Source: a virus (Duplodnaviria > Caudoviricetes). Taken from it: a DNA stretch of 64,000 bases. Position numbers and translations under genes: made by a program. The stretch is from the IMG/VR virus record IMGVR_UViG_3300037312_000330, positions 160,001-224,000 of that record; one strand, given 5' to 3'. Below, one piece after another: positions 55,719 to 64,000 of the stretch. The stretch's first letter is position 1; each line of letters starts with the position of its first letter. Under the pieces are notes generated by a model, which worked only from the letters and a program-made list of their open reading frames with translations, was not told the DNA's origin and did not search any database.

Positions 55719-56357
55719 TAGCGGCGGCGTCATCTTGGCGATAAACTCGGATCGCATGAGACGAGCTTCGTTCTTCGTCAATCCGTATTGATCTGCCAGG
55801 AAACGGATAATTCGAAGATTGATGGCCTCACGACTCTTGGCTTTGATGAATTCGATCGGCAACTGTGCTTGTTCGTCAGTAAGCTGCTGCATCACCTCGT
55901 CCACATTGGACATGGCCGTCATCAGTGCCTGCGAACGTGGCAGTATCTCCTCAAGAAAGAATTTGGACGTCAAATCGATGTTTGCGCCTAGAGTAGACGC
56001 GAACTTCACTTTCTGACTGGCCGATATCTTGTTCTTCAGATTGACTATCTTCTTGTCAATCTTTGGCGTTTCTTTCCTCAGCTTTGGTGGTCTGATCCTG
56101 TAGAACACGAATCGACTATTGCCGTTGAGAAATGGGTGTCTGTCGCGTCCACTATGTTCGGCTTCGAAATCCATATACTGGATTCGCCGGTACACATCAC
56201 TTAGCTTGCGTGTACGTTTCCCATCCACCTTCTTCTGTTTGAGAAGATCCCGTACAATGGCCTTGCGTGCTCGTCTGAAACCCGATCCAATGTCTTCCTT
56301 ATTAGCGTTAGACCAGATAGTAGAGAGCGGCTTCCCTGTATTGTCTTCGATTGTCAT
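55713..56357 (-). CDS. basic hypothetical protein
   Basis: 214 aa, upstream of terL. Confidence 0.6.
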   Translation of the reverse strand: MTIEDNTGKPLSTIWSNANKEDIGSGFRRARKAIVRDLLKQKKVDGKRTRKLSDVYRRIQYMDFEAEHSGRDRHPFLNGNSRFVFYRIRPPKLRKETPKIDKKIVNLKNKISASQKVKFASTLGANIDLTSKFFLEEILPRSQALMTAMSNVDEVMQQLTDEQAQLPIEFIKAKSREAINLRIIRFLADQYGLTKNEARLMRSEFIAKMTPPLF

Positions 56358-56400
56358 TTGCCATCAGTTGACTGGACCTCTAGGGTATTATCCATGTTTA

Positions 56401-56796
56401 TCAGTGCTTCGTTTCCGGCAGGAATTCAGTCTCTTCACCGTTCTGGTGCAAAACAGCTTTCGTTCCAATCACTGTGGCAAGCTCCTGAATCTCTTCACTT
56501 AGAGACAGTGCAGGTAGAGTTGAGGCTTGCCGCTTCGCCTCTCTGGCAATCGCTTGAACGACTGCAGGACTATCGTATCCTGGTTGGTCAGACTTCGCAC
56601 ACTGACCCGCCCATTGACTGGCCCACATGAACAGGATGCGCCATTCGTGGTTTGTCATCGTGAGCGTGCTCTTGTCATTTGGATCAGCAGGAACTCCCTT
56701 GTTACCACATTGTGGACAACACGTTAGTCCTTCTGTCGATTCCACCATGTGTCTGCAGATTACACACATGGCCGCGTATTTCTTTTCACTGTCCAT
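56401..56796 (-). CDS. zinc-finger hypothetical protein
   Basis: CVIC..CPQC; start placed at MDSEKK. Confidence 0.6.
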   Translation of the reverse strand: MDSEKKYAAMCVICRHMVESTEGLTCCPQCGNKGVPADPNDKSTLTMTNHEWRILFMWASQWAGQCAKSDQPGYDSPAVVQAIAREAKRQASTLPALSLSEEIQELATVIGTKAVLHQNGEETEFLPETKH

Positions 56797-56938
56797 TGTT
56801 AGCTCCAGTATCATATCGTTCTACGTGCTTGATAAGCGAGTTCAGTTGGTGTGCAACGATGGTGGTCCTACCACTATCAAGCACTTCTTGGATATCGCGT
56901 AATGCAGCCAGTAGTTCCTGTTTGTACTCTTCGCTCAT
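56786..56938 (-). CDS. 50-aa helical micro-protein
   Basis: MSEEYKQELLAALRDIQEVL...; fills the gap after dnaB; not in the ORF track. Confidence 0.5.
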   Translation of the reverse strand: MSEEYKQELLAALRDIQEVLDSGRTTIVAHQLNSLIKHVERYDTGANNGQ

Positions 56939-56941
56939 CGG

Positions 56942-58315
56942 CTAATCCTCGTCAGATATATCCTTCAGGTACTTGGGCTCTGCACCGTCTTTGCCGTCCT
57001 TCTTAGACTTCTTCTTAGTTGTCAGACTGGCGCTCGACTGAGCGTTGCGTTCCTCTTCTGTCATGCTTCGGATGCGCATGACGTCGAGTCTAGTCTTCAG
57101 ATTGAAGTCGTACATCTCACCGTTACGTGCCTTTAGCTGTGTGATGCTAAGGATACCAGCTTCCCGGCTTTCCTTCGTCGACACGAACGTCCAACAGTAG
57201 TTCGAATGTTCTTTGATAGCTTGTGCGTAGCGAATTTTGCCCTCCTCAGACACCTGACACAGCAGGACGATGATGACGTTATGTGTCTCGGCATACACCT
57301 TGCAATAACGAGCCACTGCACCAAGCTTCTGCCATTGATCGTCACCATCTACACCCTTCAAAAGGGAGATGTAGTCGATAACAATGACCTTTGGTCCAAG
57401 CGTGTAGGTACACGCTAGGATCTCCTCGATTGTCATATCGGACTTTGGTTTGAAGAACGACAGGCTTCCGCCCTTGTCCTTCCGCTTGGTCACAAACTTC
57501 CGATACGCACGTTTGTACTTCTTCTCCTCGTCCTCACTTAGCTTGCGGAACAGTATCTTTCTGACATCCAGCTCGGCTGCGTTAGCCATCAGGCGAGCTG
57601 TCATTTCTTCTGTGGTCATTTCGAGCGGGACCATGCATACGTCCTCGCCCATCTCAGACCAATTGATTGCTAGCTGCGCCGCCAGCGTTGACTTTCCACC
57701 ACCGGAAGAACCACCGATGGTGAAGAGGTTGCCCCAGCCGATCCCACCGTTCTTAGAATCGAACTCGTCAAAGCCGGTTGGTATGAAGTTGATGTAGTCC
57801 TTGCGGAGCAACTTCTTGACGATTTTGTCGGCGTTGTTACCCGTTCCGAACCGAACAATTTCAGCATCTTCAGACCTCGATTGGCGCAGTGTAACGATCT
57901 CTTCGCCAGTCTCATTCAGCAGATCGTCGATGCTAACCTTTCCCTTGCGCAACTTCTTTACGATATTGTCACTAAGGGAAAACATGCCACGCATCTGACG
58001 GTACTCGTTCAGTTGCCTGACAGCGCGCAATGCTTCCTTGCGCGACTTGATGGGATCTATATCATTCTTGGCGTACTTCTTGAGACGATCCCGCGTCTCT
58101 TCGCTGAGCTTTGGATCTTCGCACAGTTCCCGCCAAGTTGGGAGCTCACCGTTACGTTTCAGATAACGCTGGATACGGTGGAAGGTTTCCTGGCTACTCT
58201 CGCTATAGAAATACGACTCGTCCAATCCACTAAGGGATGTGCCGCTAATGGACGGATTTTTGTGCGTCGCTGCCTTTAGGACGGCCAGCTCTGTACGCGG
58301 TGAGACGAGACGCAC
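56942..58315 (-). CDS. dnaB: DnaB-like replicative helicase
   Basis: PTGFDEFD, GSSGGGKST, PLEM, IDYISL, LCQ, KARNG. Confidence 0.93.
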   Translation of the reverse strand: MRLVSPRTELAVLKAATHKNPSISGTSLSGLDESYFYSESSQETFHRIQRYLKRNGELPTWRELCEDPKLSEETRDRLKKYAKNDIDPIKSRKEALRAVRQLNEYRQMRGMFSLSDNIVKKLRKGKVSIDDLLNETGEEIVTLRQSRSEDAEIVRFGTGNNADKIVKKLLRKDYINFIPTGFDEFDSKNGGIGWGNLFTIGGSSGGGKSTLAAQLAINWSEMGEDVCMVPLEMTTEEMTARLMANAAELDVRKILFRKLSEDEEKKYKRAYRKFVTKRKDKGGSLSFFKPKSDMTIEEILACTYTLGPKVIVIDYISLLKGVDGDDQWQKLGAVARYCKVYAETHNVIIVLLCQVSEEGKIRYAQAIKEHSNYCWTFVSTKESREAGILSITQLKARNGEMYDFNLKTRLDVMRIRSMTEEERNAQSSASLTTKKKSKKDGKDGAEPKYLKDISDED

Positions 58316-58329
58316 GCCTAACTCCTGGT

Positions 58330-58352
58330 TATTCTACTACTGTCCATTTACA
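58330..58352 (-). promoter_or_regulatory. TGTAAAT...AATAACC element upstream of dnaB
   Basis: ATTTACA at 58346-58352 on the + strand; intergenic. Confidence 0.5.
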
Positions 58353-58354
58353 AG

Positions 58355-58732
58355 CTAGAAGGGGTAAGTCATGCAACGATGTGTCATATCGCCATTCACC
58401 TTGTCTGCAAGTCCATTCTCTTCTAGGATCTTGTAGAGAGCTTTGCGATCTGAGTCGGCTTCTGACAATTGCAGCATGTACTTGGTGCGATAGTCTTTGC
58501 CTGGATTTCCCTTAGCGAACAAGGCAATCCACATATTCGCACGCTCCGCGTAGTCTAGTCCACTGAGATACGGAGGCATCTTGATGAAGTCTGTTGCGTG
58601 TGCAAAATCGTAGGCACATCGTCGAGCCAAACGGATTAGTGTCTCGTAGTCCTCACGGAAGTGGTCACTAGGACTAGTGTCTATCCCATGTAATTTGCGA
58701 TAGAGCCAGTTACGTAGATTTCGGATCAGCAT
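58355..58732 (-). CDS. hypothetical protein
   Basis: Start placed at MLIRNLR. Confidence 0.55.
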   Translation of the reverse strand: MLIRNLRNWLYRKLHGIDTSPSDHFREDYETLIRLARRCAYDFAHATDFIKMPPYLSGLDYAERANMWIALFAKGNPGKDYRTKYMLQLSEADSDRKALYKILEENGLADKVNGDMTHRCMTYPF

Positions 58733-58928
58733 CTTGCTCTTCCTCTTCATTACGCATGGTGACCAACTCTTCAACCGAAGCACGCGCCTTCTTGCCGGGT
58801 TCCCAAGTGTTCTTGAGGTTGGACCACTCGCCAATGTCTGGATACTTAATGCCATAGTGATCGCAAATGGCATACACCTGCGTCTGCCACGTATTGCTCT
58901 CGATCATGTATTCTACAGGATCATTCAT
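58710..58928 (-). CDS. hypothetical protein
   Basis: 72 aa; ATGA overlap. Confidence 0.5.
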   Translation of the reverse strand: MNDPVEYMIESNTWQTQVYAICDHYGIKYPDIGEWSNLKNTWEPGKKARASVEELVTMRNEEEEQDADPKST

Positions 58929-59173
58929 TTGACCACCACAGGAATTAGCTCTTGCAATGTGCTGATGTGGATGTCAGACAAGTTCACAGTGTCGGATGGC
59001 AGTGACACTGCGCCTGTGGGACGGATTAGAGTAGCTGAATCCTTGTAGACACGCGCCAGTCGGCAGTGTTCCCACACCATTGGCTTGCCGCCACTGTACA
59101 TGACTTTGTAGACTATGTTCGCCCCTTCATCGTTGACACGACGTCTGACGTATTCGATCTCTTCTTTGGTCAC
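58925..59173 (-). CDS. hypothetical protein
   Basis: GTG start with GTGA overlap. Confidence 0.5.
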   Translation of the reverse strand: MTKEEIEYVRRRVNDEGANIVYKVMYSGGKPMVWEHCRLARVYKDSATLIRPTGAVSLPSDTVNLSDIHISTLQELIPVVVK

Positions 59174-59451
59174 AGAGGCACCAACTTCAGGTTCTTGTTG
59201 ATAAGGAAGAGGCCTTCCTTTTCGTTCCAGTAGACATCCTTCTTCCAACTTCCTACCATTCTGTAGACATCGTACTTGTTCCAATAATTCTTATTATGAT
59301 AGATATAGTCGTATGCCGCAAGCAGGTTTGGGAACGCAAAGCCACCCGGATACAGGTCATCTCTTGACGGTCCGAGTTTATATGCAGGATTGTGCTTGCT
59401 ATCACGCGTTGAAATATCGTATGTCTCTTTAAGACCGATTGTGTAGATCAT
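59170..59451 (-). CDS. hypothetical protein
   Basis: MIYTIG..YKLG..YPGGFAF. Confidence 0.55.
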   Translation of the reverse strand: MIYTIGLKETYDISTRDSKHNPAYKLGPSRDDLYPGGFAFPNLLAAYDYIYHNKNYWNKYDVYRMVGSWKKDVYWNEKEGLFLINKNLKLVPL

Positions 59452-59452
59452 C

Positions 59453-59599
59453 CTAGTCTTTCTCAATTCGTTCTTTGATGCGGCAGTTCCAGCACTGCTG
59501 CACCCAATGGGAAGGACATGTATAGACAACCCACCAGCTATGGTCGCAGCTCTTCTGTTCCTGTGTCGGTTCTGGATCCACGTGCTCTTGGTTGTTCAC
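59453..59599 (-). CDS. 48-aa zinc-ribbon micro-protein
   Basis: CDHSW..CWNC; GTGA overlap. Confidence 0.45.
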   Translation of the reverse strand: MNNQEHVDPEPTQEQKSCDHSWWVVYTCPSHWVQQCWNCRIKERIEKD

Positions 59600-59793
59600 A
59601 GTCCTGCTCCCAACATTGCAACACCCATCTTGAATCCAGTTACTACACCAGATACAAACGAACCGATCAGCCACCCGAAGAACGTGAGCAGGAAGCAACA
59701 GATGCCGAACACGACTGCGAACGCGATAATAACTCCTATCACACACCCCAAGATAATGAACAAGAGCTTGAAGAAATCGACTACGTCTTTCAT
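59596..59793 (-). CDS. small membrane protein
   Basis: Almost entirely hydrophobic. Confidence 0.55.
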   Translation of the reverse strand: MKDVVDFFKLLFIILGCVIGVIIAFAVVFGICCFLLTFFGWLIGSFVSGVVTGFKMGVAMLGAGL

Positions 59794-60362
59794 ATCTCAA
59801 TCCCCTTTACGGCAGCATTTGTCATGTAGCATAGTCCTTGGATAGGCATCCGCATGTGGACGGTGAAGAACGTGTATGGCTCGCAACCGTTGACGACCAC
59901 GATCTTAGGAATGTCCGCATACACTGTCAACAAGTCACGCAGCTTTTCCTTCTTGGTCTGACTGCTGTCAGGTGCCACGTTGTTTAACACCAGCAGACTA
60001 ATGTTGGCACGTTCGTCCAGCAGCGGACAATCGAATCCGCCAGTGACATCGTACCATTTCATGACTGTGCCACCAGATCTATAGTGCTCCTGCATCATGT
60101 ATGCGGCCAAGAGCATGGACTTCGCATCCGTCGGTGCGCTATTGACGGCGAACGTCCCCGGAGATGGATCCTGGAGCCACTGCTCCAACATCTTTGTCTG
60201 GTCCTGCTGTGTGAACCGCTTTGGCTTGAGGCCGTCCACCTTCGAAACGAATGTAGTAGGCAGGAAGTCGAATGGCTTCGCTGCCCCGGCTGCCCAATTC
60301 ATCCCCTGCGACTTGAGTACTGGCACCAACGACGGATCCAGTTTGATCTTTAGTTTGTTCAC
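59790..60362 (-). CDS. degenerate DnaC/IstB-like protein
   Basis: Fold-like order FAVNSAP..AAYMM, LLVLNNV, IPKIVVVNG; no intact Walker A. Confidence 0.4.
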   Translation of the reverse strand: MNKLKIKLDPSLVPVLKSQGMNWAAGAAKPFDFLPTTFVSKVDGLKPKRFTQQDQTKMLEQWLQDPSPGTFAVNSAPTDAKSMLLAAYMMQEHYRSGGTVMKWYDVTGGFDCPLLDERANISLLVLNNVAPDSSQTKKEKLRDLLTVYADIPKIVVVNGCEPYTFFTVHMRMPIQGLCYMTNAAVKGIEI

Positions 60363-60549
60363 GCTTCCACTTTTCTGAATGTCTTTGTTTCAAGCTGCGT
60401 GCGTGTTCCCCATAACAGTCGACGTAATTGTACACGCGTCCGTCTCTTTCTGATTCCCACTGGAAATACTGTACTGTCTCCCTGTACTCCTTGCACAGAG
60501 AAATGTACTCGTCTTCAGCATCAGATATTGTTTTGCGTCCGTCGCTCAT
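60359..60549 (-). CDS. micro-ORF, one base short of a GTGA-coupled stop
   Basis: MSDGRKTISDAEDEY...SEKWKR; as written it overlaps the next gene by 224 nt. Confidence 0.4.
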
Positions 60550-60721
60550 TGTATCCCTTCCATTCTTCACAACGCACTCCGTCGTCGATATCACAACTGT
60601 CGAAAGGACAGACTACAGGGAGCGCTCCAGGTTCATTCAGATTGGCTGCCAGACACACTTCACTTTCACCATTCTGGCAATGTCTCAGCGGCAGCTTAGA
60701 TGTATCCACCTGCGTATTCAT
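60521..60721 (-). CDS. Cys-rich small protein
   Basis: 66 aa with 5 Cys. Confidence 0.45.
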   Translation of the reverse strand: MNTQVDTSKLPLRHCQNGESEVCLAANLNEPGALPVVCPFDSCDIDDGVRCEEWKGYNERRTQNNI

Positions 60722-62234
60722 TAGGTCCTCTAGACTTTCTGTTTCGGAAGTAGTCGTCCAACTTCTGTTTCGTTTTCGGGTCGATTAGCGGCCTGAACGT
60801 GGGCCAAACCACTCCAAAATGCTCTGCTCTCATGCAATTGCGGACTACATCCAGATCGTCTGCGAAGTACTTGAACACTGGCTGTGGCTTGTCTTCGCAC
60901 GGGGTTAGGACGCGTGAGAACCTCTGATCCGCTTTCGGCAGATTGTTGGTTGGCGTTACCTGATAGAGCATTGAAGCGGGTGGGATGTTGATGCCAGTGC
61001 TTAGGAGTCTATGCTGTCCTACAAAACATCGCAGTTTACGCTTCCGCATCTTGTCGATCAGTTCCTTGCGATTGCCCTTCTGTTTTTGATTCTTGGGAGT
61101 GCCACCGTGGAACGCCGCTGCCACATTCTTGTCCATCATGCGGTTGATGGCTTCTGTTAGAGCCTTGATGACAGGAATGCGTTGCAGCGGTATGAGTACC
61201 GTATGACCAGCCTTGATGTCCTTCACTGCTTCCTTGGCAATGAACTTCAACCTTTCTGGATGTTTCTCAATCTTGTTGATCAGATACGTCCAGGACTGAG
61301 GTAGTTTTCCCACATGCGGCGGATGCACGACTTCGATACGAGGCTTCAGGCGTTGCACCCTGTTCTCGTAGAAGATACTACCCATCAGTTTATAGATCAC
61401 CCATTCCAGAGTGTCCTTGCGTTCTGGAGTACCAGACAAACCGAATTTATAGCGACAGTTGAAGGCAGACAGCACACGGCTGAACTCCAATGCTGCCGAG
61501 AACTGCACTTCGTCCAGTACCAACACACTGAACATGCTGCTGATTTTCTTGAGAAGCTTCTTGCCCTTGGCGCTCAGGAACGTCTGATAGGTTGCCAACG
61601 CTACATCCAGGCGTTCGAAGTCTTCCAACTTCTTCGCCATGCCAACTCTCTTCTGGCTGGCATTCGTCATCGCTTCTTGAGTGTCGCTACCGATGAATGT
61701 CTCGAGGAAATTGTCCAACCAGTCCTGTTGACTAGCTAGAATGATCGTCTTCAGGCCCAACTTGCAGATTGCAGCGGCTGCCATAACCGTCTTGCCGCTA
61801 CGTGGAGGGCTCTTTAGAACACCGCTCCGCGTCTTCACCATCTTTGCAACTGCTGGCACCTGATCTGGCTTAAGCGTAGCCTTCATCTTGATAGGCTTAC
61901 GCATCGGAATGTCAGGTGTCAGGTCAACGATCTTCAGATCTTCACCGAAGATCTTCTTAACAGCCTTGCGGTCACCATACGGGAGCCGAAGGCAATCCTT
62001 ACCTTTGAACTCGACGGTTTTGTGAAGCTTGTATAGTCCCTTGTAGTTGGGACAACCCTCACAAACATCCGTTGGGCGTTCGCCAAAGTACTCGCACCGT
62101 TCGCAGGTCTGCTCCTTTAGATAGATGTGCTTCTCAAACCGTTTCTCCACTCTATCCAGTGCAGCATCTGTGACATACTTCATTGGTACGTAGAGACCGT
62201 CGCGGACGTACACTTTCACGGGTTGTTCTGCCAT
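60696..62234 (-). CDS. uvsW: SF2 helicase, UvsW-like
   Basis: LKPDQ, SPPRSGKT, DEVQ, SGTP, STGINIP, QRFSRV; N-terminal CERC..CEGC. Confidence 0.85.
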   Translation of the reverse strand: MAEQPVKVYVRDGLYVPMKYVTDAALDRVEKRFEKHIYLKEQTCERCEYFGERPTDVCEGCPNYKGLYKLHKTVEFKGKDCLRLPYGDRKAVKKIFGEDLKIVDLTPDIPMRKPIKMKATLKPDQVPAVAKMVKTRSGVLKSPPRSGKTVMAAAAICKLGLKTIILASQQDWLDNFLETFIGSDTQEAMTNASQKRVGMAKKLEDFERLDVALATYQTFLSAKGKKLLKKISSMFSVLVLDEVQFSAALEFSRVLSAFNCRYKFGLSGTPERKDTLEWVIYKLMGSIFYENRVQRLKPRIEVVHPPHVGKLPQSWTYLINKIEKHPERLKFIAKEAVKDIKAGHTVLIPLQRIPVIKALTEAINRMMDKNVAAAFHGGTPKNQKQKGNRKELIDKMRKRKLRCFVGQHRLLSTGINIPPASMLYQVTPTNNLPKADQRFSRVLTPCEDKPQPVFKYFADDLDVVRNCMRAEHFGVVWPTFRPLIDPKTKQKLDDYFRNRKSRGPNEYAGGYI

Positions 62235-62404
62235 GCTCTGTCGTAATAGTTATTCAGCTCACCGGCGCTCGCTGCAAAGAACGTCAAGAAGAACACTGTC
62301 CATCCTGGATCTTGACGATAACCAAACACAATGGCACCTACAAGTCCTATTAACAGCACTAGAACTAGTACGACTGTCGTAAGCAGCCTACGGTTGTAGT
62401 CCAT
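62216..62404 (-). CDS. small membrane protein
   Basis: Two hydrophobic segments; start placed at MDYNRR. Confidence 0.5.
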   Translation of the reverse strand: MDYNRRLLTTVVLVLVLLIGLVGAIVFGYRQDPGWTVFFLTFFAASAGELNNYYDRAWQNNP

Positions 62405-62573
62405 CTTTCTCGTCTCCAATGCCAAAGATTTCATTGAAGGCCTTGCGCATCTTCTTGTCTGTTTCTGAACGAGCAGTCTCGTTCAACGGCAGATTGCGTC
62501 TCAGCATCTCGCAGTAGCAGTATGGTTCGTCGTACATAGGGCCCATGCACGCGCACATTCCAACATCTTCCAT
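62388..62573 (-). CDS. hypothetical protein
   Basis: CACMGP..PYCYCEM; RBS GGAG. Confidence 0.55.
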   Translation of the reverse strand: MEDVGMCACMGPMYDEPYCYCEMLRRNLPLNETARSETDKKMRKAFNEIFGIGDEKDGLQP

Positions 62574-62582
62574 GTGTGACTC

Positions 62583-63104
62583 CTAGATGTTCTTCTTGTC
62601 GTTCTTGTGCGAGTACAAGATTTCCAAGGACTTGAGAGTGTTCTTGAAAGAGTAGCCAGTCTGGTCAATATCCTTGATGAGAACGTCAGCAGTCGAGATC
62701 AGACGCTTGAGAGCGTGCTTGAGAGCCAGACCGCCAGTTATGTACTGATCTGCGAACGACACGCGCTCACCCTTAGTGCGCAACCCTTCCACGCTATCGT
62801 GGTATTCATGCAGGATGTGCTTACGGATCTTGTCGATTGCTTCGTCTAGCAGACCTAGCTGATACTCGGTCTCAACGTAGATCTCTGCCATGCGGCTTCG
62901 ATACGCACTATCTTGCAAGTTGGCTTCGTTAACAGTGTCTACACCAGGACGGCTGAGAAACAGTGTTCTGCTTTTACGTCCCGCATGCAAGCGCAGGAGT
63001 TCAGCACGCAGCTTCTCGATGTTGATAGATTGCTGTACGTTCTTGACGATGCGCCGGTACGACTTGTAGCGCTCATCAGTCTTTAATGTTTCTTTGAAGC
63101 TCAT
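62583..63104 (-). CDS. helical protein, possibly a UvsY-like recombination mediator
   Basis: All-alpha 173 aa near uvsW; function is inference only. Confidence 0.45.
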   Translation of the reverse strand: MSFKETLKTDERYKSYRRIVKNVQQSINIEKLRAELLRLHAGRKSRTLFLSRPGVDTVNEANLQDSAYRSRMAEIYVETEYQLGLLDEAIDKIRKHILHEYHDSVEGLRTKGERVSFADQYITGGLALKHALKRLISTADVLIKDIDQTGYSFKNTLKSLEILYSHKNDKKNI

Positions 63105-63446
63105 GTTCCTGCCAATTTTGCGCTTGTGTAGTGACCGTCTGCGTCTATTTCCACAACGATCTTCACCCTCTGTCCTGGCATCTGTGGATAAGATGGTTTA
63201 CCACTATCTACTACGAATATGCCGATGTCTGTTTCTACTAACAGACGCTGTCTGTTCTCGATCACTACACCGTCTAGAGTGTATTTCATCTTCCCCTCCA
63301 GTGTTCCAGTTGCCTCTGCCTTGGGTGGCATCCCATATTGAACAGTTCCGCGTCCTGTTTCACAATTAGTAACAGATGAGGCGAGCAATACACCACGGTA
63401 ACGACCCCGCTATTACTACACCTAAGAGCAGCTTGATGAGAGACAT
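63101..63446 (-). pseudogene. membrane-anchored protein gene broken by one or two -1 frame breaks
   Basis: ATG 63446 (TAATG overlap) MSLIKLLLGVVIAG stops after 26 codons, while the downstream frames read as protein; an intact ORF exists from 63289. Confidence 0.45.
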
Positions 63447-63871
63447 TAGATCTCCAAGTTTGCTTTGATAGATGAGTGGATAGCAGGGCTGATGACTAGC
63501 GTAGCCTTGTTCTTCTGATGGAACATATGGAAGCCCTTGTCCTTTACTACTAGGTCCATCTGGAACGCCGAGGGTATCGAACGTTGCGCTTGTTCCCTGA
63601 ACACTCCGCTGTAGGCCATCAGGAACGATCCTTCGCATCGGCAATTCACCTGTGTCCAGAAGATGTTGCCAACAACACGCTGTCTCGTGTCATCCACTTT
63701 TTGCACTATCTCTCCGACCTGGAAATACGTGCTAACTCGATAGGCAGTGTCTCGAACAAAGAACGGCCCAGATTCGCACTCACGCCGGAACAAGAGGTAG
63801 TATTGCACCCCTCTTTGAATATACGGGGTGATGACGTTCAGGTTGAACGACCGCTCTACTTCGAGTTGCAT
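63446..63871 (-). CDS. hypothetical protein
   Basis: 141-aa ORF. Confidence 0.6.
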   Translation of the reverse strand: MQLEVERSFNLNVITPYIQRGVQYYLLFRRECESGPFFVRDTAYRVSTYFQVGEIVQKVDDTRQRVVGNIFWTQVNCRCEGSFLMAYSGVFREQAQRSIPSAFQMDLVVKDKGFHMFHQKNKATLVISPAIHSSIKANLEI

Positions 63872-63873
63872 GT

Positions 63874-63999
63874 TTAGTAGGATACGCCTTGGAGGGCAAT
63901 ATGCATGAACTTTGGATTGTGGTTCAGAGCGAACATCATCGTGGTGTTCACTTGGTGGAATTCCAAGAAAGGCCCTTCCACTTCCTTGCCACGGACTGT
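63874..63999 (-). CDS. 3' end of a gene entering from the right edge
   Basis: TVRGKEVEGPFLEFHQVN...LQGVSY*. Confidence 0.55.
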   Translation of the reverse strand, partial: TVRGKEVEGPFLEFHQVNTTMMFALNHNPKFMHIALQGVSY

Positions 64000-64000
64000 T

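Noticed and set aside
19242-62234. Inteins or group I introns in polA, recA, terL, dnaB and helicases
   Set aside because: No Hint (C...HN) or LAGLIDADG insertions recognised; catalytic motifs are contiguous.
1-64000. Stop-codon reassignment (alternative genetic code)
   Set aside because: Long conserved genes are intact under code 11, and TAA, TAG and TGA all terminate genes at tight junctions.
1-64000. tRNA, rRNA or structured ncRNA genes
   Set aside because: Intergenic gaps are mostly under 110 bp and no cloverleaf or T-loop (GTTCGAATC with flanking stems) was found outside coding sequence; tRNAscan-SE or Infernal would be decisive.

Overview
64 kb slice of a large (probably jumbo) lytic tailed dsDNA phage genome. 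It is densely coding, with + strand genes from 1 to about 39.6 kb and - strand genes from there to the end, meeting at a palindromic bidirectional terminator. No tRNA, rRNA, CRISPR array, integrase or intein was seen. Layout: (1) 1-12.7 kb virion/head-associated and small accessory genes, including a minimal PolX-SWIM fusion, Nudix, HNH and a putative neck protein; (2) a 1574-aa SNF2-like helicase; (3) a replication/recombination block: PolA with a UDG-like N-terminal domain, gp32-like SSB with a long acidic tail, RecA, dNMP kinase, SbcCD, DnaX-like clamp loader and dimeric dUTPase, with a Tad1-like anti-defence sponge embedded in it; (4) on the - strand, topoisomerase IB, SprT protease, NAD ligase, His phosphatase, a Tpt1-like ART, an 827-aa polyacidic protein, portal, large terminase, DnaB and UvsW-like helicases. 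Best candidate for an undescribed system: at least nine otherwise unrelated proteins (enzymes and micro-proteins) begin with the same synonymously varied N-terminal peptide M-[PAS]-[IV]-x-[HNQK]-[RK]-[IV]-x-[AS]. Related internal ARL(R/K)E(L/V/I)A motifs and an identical 11-aa ASFVGDEEADT linker also occur. Together these suggest a capsid-targeting/processing code for injected cargo, analogous to the T4 internal-protein targeting sequence. Also noted: two candidate phage promoter motifs (TGTAAAT; TAWTTTGATGT) and a recurrent set of -1 frame breaks at G runs in micro-genes, which may be assembly artefact or recoding. All functional calls come from motif recognition by eye; no searches were run.
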